A DNA stretch of 64,000 nt from an uncultured Patescibacteria group bacterium (GTDB taxonomy: Bacteria > Patescibacteriota > Microgenomatia > UBA1400 > PJMF01), in contig CAJQIG010000004.1 in NCBI GenBank assembly GCA_905478415.1, positions 75,523-139,522 on the forward strand, given 5' to 3'. The translations under genes were made by a program, and so were the position numbers. Below, in pieces: positions 28,873-36,745 of this stretch. The first letter of the stretch is position 1. Each line of letters begins with the position of its first letter. The notes under the pieces were generated by a model. It was not told where the DNA came from. It ran no database searches and saw nothing but the letters and a program-made list of their open reading frames with translations.

Positions 28873-30495
28873 ATGCTAATTGGAGTTAAACATCTATCAA
28901 AATCAGTTGGGGCTAAAAATCTTTTCAAAGATATCAGTTTTACTATTGCAGCTGGAGAAAAGATTGCCTTGATAGGTCGAAATGGATATGGCAAAACTAC
29001 TCTTCTCAAGATCCTCAGTGGAGAAGATCATAATTTTCTTGGCCAAGTCGAAAGCAAAAAAGGATTGAGAATCACCTTAACAAAACAAGAACATATTCAT
29101 GAAGCAGAGCAATCTGCGTTGGACTACATTTTAAAGAGTGTTCCCCACTTTCACAACTATAAAAAAATTATGGACGACTATGAACAAGGTCGAAACACAA
29201 ACCTCAATCAGTACTTAAAAATTTTGGAGTACTGTACCGAAAACAGACATTTTAATATTGAGTCCGCAATCGAAAGCACCCTCTTAGACTTTAATCTTTC
29301 GAGTGAATCTATTCTGGGTCCACTCTCAAAACTCTCGGGTGGTCAAAAACGATATGTTGAGATGACACGGATGATGTTCTCAAAATCTGACCTGCTCTTG
29401 GTCGATGAACCGACTAACCACATGGATTATCAGGGGAAAAAACGATTTATCAGTTGGATGAAAGCGGTACCGCAAACTGTCGTCGTTGTCACTCACGATC
29501 GAGATGTTCTGAGAAATGTGACAAGGATTATCGAACTTAAAGAACACAAAATTGATATCTTCAAAGGCAACTACGATAGTTATATTTCTCAAAATGCCAA
29601 TCAGACACTCACTTCTGTCAAACTCTACTCTGACCAATTAAATCGACTTAAAGAAGCCAAGAAAAAAGTTGATTGGGGACTAAAAATGCGCGCCAAAAGT
29701 AAAGCCTGGAAAATACGGTACGACCACTGGCTGAGAGACTACGAAAAAATAAAAGCAGCGACTGTCAAACCCTCCTTTTGGATCGATCAGGATTCAGTTG
29801 AAGCACTCGATAAAAAGGTTGTTGATTCATATCACAAGTTTAAACAAAAGAATATTAAAATCTCTACTCCTACTGGTGATAAAGGTGGCTCGCAACTCAT
29901 TAGAATTAAAAATCTAGCCCTCGGATATGATGAACCAGTATTTAGTAACCTCGACTTCTCTGTCGGGGCAGCCGATCGGGTATTTATCAAAGGTAAAAAT
30001 GGGGCCGGTAAAAGCACACTTGTCCGAACACTCATGTCTCTGTCAAAAAAAGCCACTCCTCAAGCTCTACAAATTGAAGGGGAAATCACTCTCAGTGAAG
30101 ACCTCAGAATTGGTGAGTACGAACAAGAAATTAGTAAAAAATATCTATCACTACCATTACAGGAAGCAATCTTTCGAAGCTACCAGGAAAAGAAACTCCC
30201 AATAGATCTTCAAAAAGTCAGAAAACTGCTGGCGCAGTACTTGTTTGATCCAATTCTTGATGGAAATCAAACTATCATGAACTTATCAGGTGGACAAAAA
30301 GCACGATTTCAACTCATCAAAATGTTTATTGGAGAACCCAATCTTTTAATTTTGGATGAGCCAACAAACCACCTAGACTTACCCTCAATTGAAGAGCTTG
30401 AAAATGCGCTCTCAGCCTTTAAAGGCTCGATTCTCTTTATCTCTCACGACACCTACTTTATTAAGCGGATGAGTGGGAAAATAGTAAAGATATAG
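28873..30495 (+). CDS. ABC-F family ATPase (second paralog)
   Basis: GRNGYGKTT and GKNGAGKST Walker A motifs; two LSGGQ signatures. Confidence 0.85.
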   Translation: MLIGVKHLSKSVGAKNLFKDISFTIAAGEKIALIGRNGYGKTTLLKILSGEDHNFLGQVESKKGLRITLTKQEHIHEAEQSALDYILKSVPHFHNYKKIMDDYEQGRNTNLNQYLKILEYCTENRHFNIESAIESTLLDFNLSSESILGPLSKLSGGQKRYVEMTRMMFSKSDLLLVDEPTNHMDYQGKKRFISWMKAVPQTVVVVTHDRDVLRNVTRIIELKEHKIDIFKGNYDSYISQNANQTLTSVKLYSDQLNRLKEAKKKVDWGLKMRAKSKAWKIRYDHWLRDYEKIKAATVKPSFWIDQDSVEALDKKVVDSYHKFKQKNIKISTPTGDKGGSQLIRIKNLALGYDEPVFSNLDFSVGAADRVFIKGKNGAGKSTLVRTLMSLSKKATPQALQIEGEITLSEDLRIGEYEQEISKKYLSLPLQEAIFRSYQEKKLPIDLQKVRKLLAQYLFDPILDGNQTIMNLSGGQKARFQLIKMFIGEPNLLILDEPTNHLDLPSIEELENALSAFKGSILFISHDTYFIKRMSGKIVKI

Positions 30496-30540
30496 CAGGT
30501 AATAATTAGTCACTGTTTTGAGTACATCAGTGTACTGTTC

Positions 30541-30924
30541 CTACTCCAAATCCGGATGCAAAACCTTATCATTCTTTATAACATCGTGCTGATTCACTCT
30601 TTGTGGCACAAACCTAAAAGCCACCATTTTGCATACTTCGCCAAATGGATTAGAAAAAGTATGAGGAGTGTCTTCAACCTGGACTACATCACCCGGAACG
30701 ATGGTCTTTTCTTGTCTTTGTTGTCCGTCTAAATAGTGAAGTATAACTTTACCTTCTACAATGTAGAGCGTCTCACTAATAATCTCATGATGATGCCACG
30801 GTTGCACAACTTTTGGGGCTAACTCACCATAGTGCACTTCATACTCATCAAAAATGTAATAAGAAATGTCTGTACCATCTTCTCTGTTTCTACTAATGGC
30901 ATCTGATTTTTTTGTTATTTTCAT
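30541..30924 (-). CDS. Cupin-domain protein
   Basis: PWHHHEIISETLYIVEGK cupin motif 1 and the beta-barrel pattern. Confidence 0.65.
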   Translation of the reverse strand: MKITKKSDAISRNREDGTDISYYIFDEYEVHYGELAPKVVQPWHHHEIISETLYIVEGKVILHYLDGQQRQEKTIVPGDVVQVEDTPHTFSNPFGEVCKMVAFRFVPQRVNQHDVIKNDKVLHPDLE

Positions 30925-30943
30925 ACAAGCGCACTTACGTTAT

Positions 30944-31522
30944 TTATGTATACAAAACTACATGTTCACATTCATTCAGAACCAAGATAGGTAGGTCAGA
31001 ACTTTTACGCAGTAATTGGAGTTTCTTTTCTTTTTCTTCTTCTAGATCCCAATGACAGAGTGTCTGAATTGGTAACAATCCCAAACCTTTATGAACTGTG
31101 TTTGAATCTTGGCTATCAAAAGAGAGCACATACTGTTGAGAAGCAAAAAACATTCCCATTGAGCTGCCAATAAAAACCCTACCGGCAAGTTTTTCTTTTA
31201 TTGAAATAAAATCTGGATACAGTGGCTCAAGTAACTCCGCTTCGCCACCAGCTACATATAAAACATCAGAATCATCCAACTTCCTTAACAAATCCCTAGG
31301 ATTTTCTGCTATTAGAATCTTGACCTCTTTTTCTGAATTATTCTTAATACTTGCAGTGTCTCTTTGAATAAGTAAATCCCATTTTTCTGTTTCACTTGAA
31401 AAATAACAAAGTAAAATTGTTACCGTCTCTTTAGCAACTAGCTCAGTAAATTGAGCAAAGAAAGCTTCATTTTGTGCATTTCTTTTTGAGGTTCTGCCAC
31501 CGTGTAAAATATATGTTGTCAT
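30944..31522 (-). CDS. Peptidase S51 family (dipeptidase E/cyanophycinase-like), paralog 1
   Basis: VLYVAGGEAELL and IGSSMG motifs, cf. the S51 GGNTF/GSSAG pattern. Confidence 0.55.
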   Translation of the reverse strand: MTTYILHGGRTSKRNAQNEAFFAQFTELVAKETVTILLCYFSSETEKWDLLIQRDTASIKNNSEKEVKILIAENPRDLLRKLDDSDVLYVAGGEAELLEPLYPDFISIKEKLAGRVFIGSSMGMFFASQQYVLSFDSQDSNTVHKGLGLLPIQTLCHWDLEEEKEKKLQLLRKSSDLPILVLNECEHVVLYT

Positions 31523-32166
31523 TACTGAATTTCCATAATTTTATATGTAGCATCTTCAACAAAAATATATTGTGTATCTCTTAAGAGAATGATTTTGTAG
31601 TCTTCTGCGTAAATAGATTCAAGAGACTTCATTTGTCTTTCTTTAAATCGCTCATGTCCCCAGTGTGGAAACATGATGAAATCAACCAAATTTAGAGCAT
31701 CGTATGATTTTAATTCTGAGGCTTTACTTGGGTCATCAAAAAATGTAATCGGGTTAATATTAGGACATACAAGTAATGAACCTGCACTCGAACCTATGTA
31801 CACTACATCTCTCTCCAGTAAGTTTTGAACCACTTTTTTAAAGTTGCACTTATTTGCCTGTTCAAGTAAATAAAAAGTATTCCCTCCAGCCACAAACAAG
31901 ACATCGATCGTTGCTAAGGCTGCTGATACTTCTTCGTAACTCTTTCCGGTAACTGAGTAATCAAAAACATCAAAGCCTTGTTTTACTAAGGCATCTCTAT
32001 CATCATCGAGCCAAGCCAAATCCCCTCTTTCTGCTTCAGACGCTGTGTCTATAAAAGCAACTTTTAAACCGGGAACTGGCTTGTCAAAGTAGTTCACTAC
32101 ATCGTGCAGAACGGTACTTGCTGATGACGTGAGAAATAGTTTGCGCATATGAAGTAAGTATACCAA
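31522..32166 (-). CDS. Peptidase S51 family (dipeptidase E-like), paralog 2
   Basis: LFVAGGNTFYLL and IGSSAGS, with a His downstream; canonical PepE-like. Confidence 0.7.
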   Translation of the reverse strand: MVYLLHMRKLFLTSSASTVLHDVVNYFDKPVPGLKVAFIDTASEAERGDLAWLDDDRDALVKQGFDVFDYSVTGKSYEEVSAALATIDVLFVAGGNTFYLLEQANKCNFKKVVQNLLERDVVYIGSSAGSLLVCPNINPITFFDDPSKASELKSYDALNLVDFIMFPHWGHERFKERQMKSLESIYAEDYKIILLRDTQYIFVEDATYKIMEIQ

Positions 32167-32181
32167 AAATCTGAGTATCTA

Positions 32182-33165
32182 CTATAAATATAAAAAGTTA
32201 AACAAATATCCAATTAAAATTATTCCCACAATCGTTATCCCAAAGAAGAGTGCTAACAACTGCCACCGCATGACCTTCTTGAGTATGAGTGCTTCAGGAA
32301 TAGAGAGTGTGACCGTTGCAGTCATAAATGCTAAAGCTGTTCCTAATGGAATTCCCTTTCCTACAAACGCTTCAACCACGGGTATCACAGAGACAGAGTT
32401 AGCATAGAGAGGTACTCCCAAAATAACTGCTGCTGGGACACTCCACCATGTTTTCATTCCCAGATACTGTTCCAGTAAGCTCTGTGGTACATAACCATGG
32501 ATGATAGCTCCTATCGCTACGCCTAAAATGACATAGGGATACACTTTTTTCGTAATTCCCCAACCATCTACCCACCATAATTTTATTTTCTCTCCTAATT
32601 TTAGCTCGTTTCCTTCATTCTCCATTAACACTTGAGAATGATTTTTGAATTTCAAAAGAGACGATTCTACATAGTTTTCCATCTTCAATTTTTCAATCAA
32701 GATGCCCCCTAAGATACTGACTCCAATACCTACCAGGTTATACACAATTGTTGTCTTCATTCCAAATAATGCTGGGAAAAGAAATAGTGAAGACTCATTC
32801 ACTAATGGTGAACTAATCAAAAAGGTGAACGTAACTCCCATTGGTATTCCAGCCGAAAGAAAACCAATAAATAATGGAATAGATGAACAAGAACAGAAAG
32901 GTGTGACCACGCCAAGCAACGCCGCCAAAAGATAGTCCATCCCGTACCAGCGTCTCTTAGTAAGGACATCTCGCACTTTTTTCATCGGAAAATAAAATCG
33001 AGTAATTGCCATTAAATAATTAATAAAAATCAAGAGAATACCAATTTTGAGTACATCGTAGATAAAGAAACTACTAGCATTTCCTAAGTAACTATCTTGA
33101 GCTATGTTCAACCATAGATACGTAACTTTATCGGCAAAGGTTTGTAGAGGACTAAATATGTCCAT
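32182..33165 (-). CDS. arsP: ArsP/YraQ-family permease (putative organoarsenical or metalloid efflux)
   Basis: VVTPFCSCSSIPLF matches the ArsP TPFCSCS motif; 8-10 TM helices. Confidence 0.7.
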   Translation of the reverse strand: MDIFSPLQTFADKVTYLWLNIAQDSYLGNASSFFIYDVLKIGILLIFINYLMAITRFYFPMKKVRDVLTKRRWYGMDYLLAALLGVVTPFCSCSSIPLFIGFLSAGIPMGVTFTFLISSPLVNESSLFLFPALFGMKTTIVYNLVGIGVSILGGILIEKLKMENYVESSLLKFKNHSQVLMENEGNELKLGEKIKLWWVDGWGITKKVYPYVILGVAIGAIIHGYVPQSLLEQYLGMKTWWSVPAAVILGVPLYANSVSVIPVVEAFVGKGIPLGTALAFMTATVTLSIPEALILKKVMRWQLLALFFGITIVGIILIGYLFNFLYL

Positions 33166-33400
33166 AGATTTTTTCCTTGACCTTATCTTTATTCGAATTG
33201 AAACCGACCATAACGACTTTTCCGTCGACTACTAAAACTGGACTGCTCATTGCACCGGTTTTTAAAATTTCCTGGATACCTTTGTCACCGGTTATATACT
33301 CAACAACGTCAGTTTCATTCACTTCTGCGACAATTGTTTTTACCAGTTCATGTAATTTTTGACAAGTCTGACACCCGGAACCTAAAACTTTTATTTTCAT
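33152..33400 (-). CDS. Thioredoxin-fold redox-active disulfide protein (Thioredoxin_3-like)
   Basis: GSGCQTC motif; 82 aa; overlaps the arsP start. Confidence 0.7.
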   Translation of the reverse strand: MKIKVLGSGCQTCQKLHELVKTIVAEVNETDVVEYITGDKGIQEILKTGAMSSPVLVVDGKVVMVGFNSNKDKVKEKIYGHI

Positions 33401-33412
33401 ATCACATTCCTT

Positions 33413-33733
33413 CTACATACTAAATACCAACTCAACTATCCTTACTCCTTTTGGAGTCAAGCTGTAATAAACCTGCAAGCCTGTTTTTTTTCCTACAATT
33501 AGTTTAGCTTTTCGTAAATCAGCTAAGTGGTGAGATAACAAACTTTGAGATAACTGGACATGTTCAGAAAACTCACACACACAGTGAGTGCCTTGTCTAA
33601 GAATACAAAGAATTTTTAGTCTACTTGGCTCAGCAACTAATTTGAGAAGTGTAGACAAACTATCAATACGACTAAACTCTGTATCACTTGGCTGGCAACA
33701 ACTATATGAATGCATATTCATATAGTACATCAA
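33413..33733 (-). CDS. arsR: ArsR-family repressor with CVC metalloid-binding motif
   Basis: HTH plus HCVCEF, matching the ArsR As(III) site ELCVCDL. Confidence 0.8.
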   Translation of the reverse strand: MMYYMNMHSYSCCQPSDTEFSRIDSLSTLLKLVAEPSRLKILCILRQGTHCVCEFSEHVQLSQSLLSHHLADLRKAKLIVGKKTGLQVYYSLTPKGVRIVELVFSM

Positions 33734-33846
33734 AAAAATATAAATGCCAATGTGAAGTGGAAGGTTTATTAGAAATTACTAAAGCTGATACAAACAATTT
33801 TAGAGAGTTGTTTTCACACATCGTTACAAACAAAACCCAACTAAAA

Positions 33847-34044
33847 TTAAGATTCGTACTCTTTTGTTGCACCGTTCTCTAGTGCTCTTTCAGCATTAGC
33901 TTTAGACATCATTGCACAAACAGTTGTTCCACACTTCTCGTGCTTCCCTTTGGCCATGAAACCACCTTTTTTAGTTTTGTGAATCCCTGGTGCTGACAAT
34001 TCAACGCCTTTTTCCTTACATTTAACGCAGTATCCTGTGACCAT
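33847..34044 (-). CDS. DUF5679-family small zinc-ribbon protein
   Basis: CVKCKEK...KCGTTVCAM Cys pattern typical of DUF5679. Confidence 0.55.
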   Translation of the reverse strand: MVTGYCVKCKEKGVELSAPGIHKTKKGGFMAKGKHEKCGTTVCAMMSKANAERALENGATKEYES

Positions 34045-34223
34045 GTCGATCTCCCTTTAAATTATATCTTGTTGCATTATAACGCCATTTTATGTTGATT
34101 CATACCTTAAAGGTAAAAGCAGGCAAACCTAGAGGTTGTTTTTCCTAGCAAACTTAGAATTTCGTGTCAGAAAAAAATAAATAAAGTTGAGGCTCGCTGT
34201 CGTGGATGAAGTTAGGAACTGTT

Positions 34224-34427
34224 TTATTTAGCTTCTTCTATCTGTTTAGGTGGACATTTACTATCTGCATAAGAACAAAAAACACAACAATCACCTTTTT
34301 TAGGAGTCATTGTCTTTTCACATTTCTCACACTTGAAAAAGTGCTGACAAGCATCTGTCGGCATTTCAGAAATTTGATCATGACCACAAAAGGGGCAAGT
34401 TATTGTAGCAGTTGTTTTTATTTCCAT
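34224..34427 (-). CDS. Cys-rich small zinc-ribbon protein (10 Cys in 67 aa)
   Basis: CPFCGH...CQHFFKCEKCEK...GDCCVFCSY...CPP. Confidence 0.4.
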   Translation of the reverse strand: MEIKTTATITCPFCGHDQISEMPTDACQHFFKCEKCEKTMTPKKGDCCVFCSYADSKCPPKQIEEAK

Positions 34428-34570
34428 GCTTCCATCATAGCAGGTTCGAGCCTCCTATTCGGGTTATAAAAAATACTCGAGGAAAAACCTCGTGCTCCCC
34501 GCTCTTGAAGAAGTTAGGAACGGATTACTTTTAACAAACTACATGCCACCACAATCTCTGTAAGCCCTAT

Positions 34571-35002
34571 CTAGTTCACTTTTCTAACCTTCACCAAGTC
34601 ATCAACACCCTCAACAGAAATCTGCCTACCATTAACACCATCAATTACCATCGCATTTGGTAAATGTGCGTATCGGTACTTGTATTTGCCCTCAGTCTGC
34701 TCCCAAACTTGACCATTCTGAAACTGAAACTTCATTCCATGATTAAAACCTTCAAATTTTGAGGTAATTCTGCCCTCAGTCACTATTTGAATTTGTTGCA
34801 CCTCTACCGTGTCATTCATTCCTTCAATACTGATAACATAACTACCAGTAGAATTAGGTTTAATGACCACAGCAGGTCGATAAGCATAATGGTAGTTATA
34901 CTTATACACACTCTGCTGCCAAACTTGTCCATTATCTAGTTTAAAGACGGATTCACCATCAAACCCATGGAACTCACCTTCTATGTGACTATGTATTGTC
35001 AT
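34571..35002 (-). CDS. Hypothetical protein with two tandem ~67-aa beta-rich repeats (possible di-Ubl/beta-grasp)
   Basis: Internal duplication: GEFHGFDGESVFKLDNGQVWQQSVYKYNYHYAYRP... vs SKFEGFNHGMKFQFQNGQVWEQTEGKYKYRYAHLP... Last gene of the cassette operon. Confidence 0.5.
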   Translation of the reverse strand: MTIHSHIEGEFHGFDGESVFKLDNGQVWQQSVYKYNYHYAYRPAVVIKPNSTGSYVISIEGMNDTVEVQQIQIVTEGRITSKFEGFNHGMKFQFQNGQVWEQTEGKYKYRYAHLPNAMVIDGVNGRQISVEGVDDLVKVRKVN

Positions 35003-35351
35003 AATTTTCCTCCAATTCTCTGTACCATACTATTCTACCGCTATTTAACCAAAAGTGGCTTTTACATCCCTTTAGTCTCCATATTGAAGGAGATAGCGAA
35101 GGTCGTTTCTTTTTTACTGTCATCTCCCAACGAGGATGCACATCTTCTTGACAATTTAAATAGATTTTTGCTCCACAACCACAAGGGCACTTGAGAATGA
35201 AATACCATTGATAGCCATTTTCGCCGACCACATATAAGACCTTGTCCTTTACTGACTTTGGATTAAAACTCTGCACTGAAACAATTTTAAAGTATTCATC
35301 AAACCCAATTTTATTTCTAAGCCAACGGACAAAAGTATTTACTATTTTCAT
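34989..35351 (-). CDS. Zinc-binding Cys/His cluster protein (possible treble-clef/RING-like), 120 aa
   Basis: LKCPCGCGAKIYLNCQEDVHPRW...KGCKSHFW; 4-nt overlap with the JAB-E1 gene. Confidence 0.45.
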   Translation of the reverse strand: MKIVNTFVRWLRNKIGFDEYFKIVSVQSFNPKSVKDKVLYVVGENGYQWYFILKCPCGCGAKIYLNCQEDVHPRWEMTVKKKRPSLSPSIWRLKGCKSHFWLNSGRIVWYRELEENYDNT

Positions 35352-36745
35352 AGTGATGGGTATCCCAGTACTACTTTCTGGTCACCTAGACCAATCTTTT
35401 TCACTAAACTAGTATCTATTCCTCTTGATTTGATTGGCTCAATATAACTATCCAAAAGACTCATCCTCAAGCTCACAATTTCAGTATCTAAACCAAATCT
35501 AAGACCATGTAGTCTATTAAGTAACTCTAGTATTCCAAAGCTAGCAGCGAATGAGTTAGGAGTAATAACTGCAGGAACTTCTTCTGGTAGTCCAGGTAAG
35601 TAACCCTCATCAAGCTGCTTTCTGTATTCTTCTCTGTTGGAGGCTTTCATAGATGCAGCAGCTAATTGTGATGAATTAAAAATCCCCCGTTTATGAAGTG
35701 ACTCACCTGGTAAAATATAGTCTGCTCTTGCTGATACATGCTCAACCCCTCCATTACCATCAATCAAAATTTTCACTCCTACATCTATTATTGGAATTAG
35801 ATAGTATGTCCCCATGCGGTTGATAACCTGCCTTGCATATACATCATCAACACAGCTAAATAAAACATCGCACCCTTTCAAAAAATCAACTGCAGCTCGG
35901 CTTGCGATACTTTCTTGCATTACATTAACAGTTGTTCCTAAACCAAGTTCATTTGCATATCTAACAAATACATCTACCTTTGACGACTTATTTTTGACAT
36001 CTCCTGTTGTCGCCCCAACAATTCTATTAAGATTTTTTGCTTCAACTATGTCTGGGTCAATCAAGGTAAGAGACTGAACTCCATAATGAAGCAGCTGTTG
36101 GATAACTAAACTTCCTGTACCAGAACAACCAATTACTCCAACACGAAGCTTTTTTAGTTTTGATAAGGTTTCTGACCCAAAAACCTGATGTGACCTTTTT
36201 TCATGCTCAGCTAATTCACCGATATTTTTTATTTTGGGCGATATTCTGTCCCCAACCATAAGAACGTCATCCACATCTTCAAATTTTTCTTGATTGAAAA
36301 CTCTTGCTTTTATTACACCATCTGGCAAAAGTATTGCACTCATGAATGAATTCTCTCTTCCTAGCCAAGAATGGACAGTATTTGCTAGCGACTTATCAGA
36401 GATATCATCTGCATTCGAGAATGTCTCAATGCCCGAGGGGTGACTATGAATCTTAAGTATTCCATAGGAACCATCAATGTATTCACTCAATTTTTCTGCC
36501 AGAAGAGCCGTCTTCCAAGTTATATGAGATTTAGAACGACTCTTAATTTCTTCTAAATTAAAAGGGACTATCTCGTGAACCAAAAAAATAATTTCACCTT
36601 TACTTTCTGCAACTCCACATACAACAATAGCCACCGATTCCTTTGAGTCCCCAGGGTAAAGATAACCTTTTATTTCTGTTAGCTGCGGTTCTGTAATTCT
36701 CAGCCTAATCGATTTTTTCATGCTAATGTCTCTTTTTCCAACCAA
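35348..36745 (-). CDS. JAB/JAMM deubiquitinase-like domain fused to E1-like (ThiF/MoeB) adenylyltransferase domain
   Basis: N-terminal JAMM motif E...HSHPSGIETFSNADD (HxHx7Sx2D). C-terminal Rossmann VGVIGCSGTGS...LIDPDIVEAKNLNR typical of E1/ThiF. Confidence 0.8.
   Translation of the reverse strand: MVGKRDISMKKSIRLRITEPQLTEIKGYLYPGDSKESVAIVVCGVAESKGEIIFLVHEIVPFNLEEIKSRSKSHITWKTALLAEKLSEYIDGSYGILKIHSHPSGIETFSNADDISDKSLANTVHSWLGRENSFMSAILLPDGVIKARVFNQEKFEDVDDVLMVGDRISPKIKNIGELAEHEKRSHQVFGSETLSKLKKLRVGVIGCSGTGSLVIQQLLHYGVQSLTLIDPDIVEAKNLNRIVGATTGDVKNKSSKVDVFVRYANELGLGTTVNVMQESIASRAAVDFLKGCDVLFSCVDDVYARQVINRMGTYYLIPIIDVGVKILIDGNGGVEHVSARADYILPGESLHKRGIFNSSQLAAASMKASNREEYRKQLDEGYLPGLPEEVPAVITPNSFAASFGILELLNRLHGLRFGLDTEIVSLRMSLLDSYIEPIKSRGIDTSLVKKIGLGDQKVVLGYPSL

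Noticed and set aside
28791-29009. 72-aa minus-strand ORF overlapping the start of the second ABC-F gene
   Set aside because: Overlaps the Walker-A-encoding region of a well-supported gene; no motif.
34436-34465. tRNA T-loop-like string CAGGTTCGAGCCTCC
   Set aside because: The flanks do not fold into acceptor or anticodon arms; at best a degraded tRNA remnant, and it is in the wrong orientation to be a repeat of tRNA-Asn.
34207-34525. 12-nt direct repeat GAAGTTAGGAAC flanking the 10-Cys ORF
   Set aside because: About one such 12-mer pair within 300 bp is expected by chance in a 64-kb AT-rich window.
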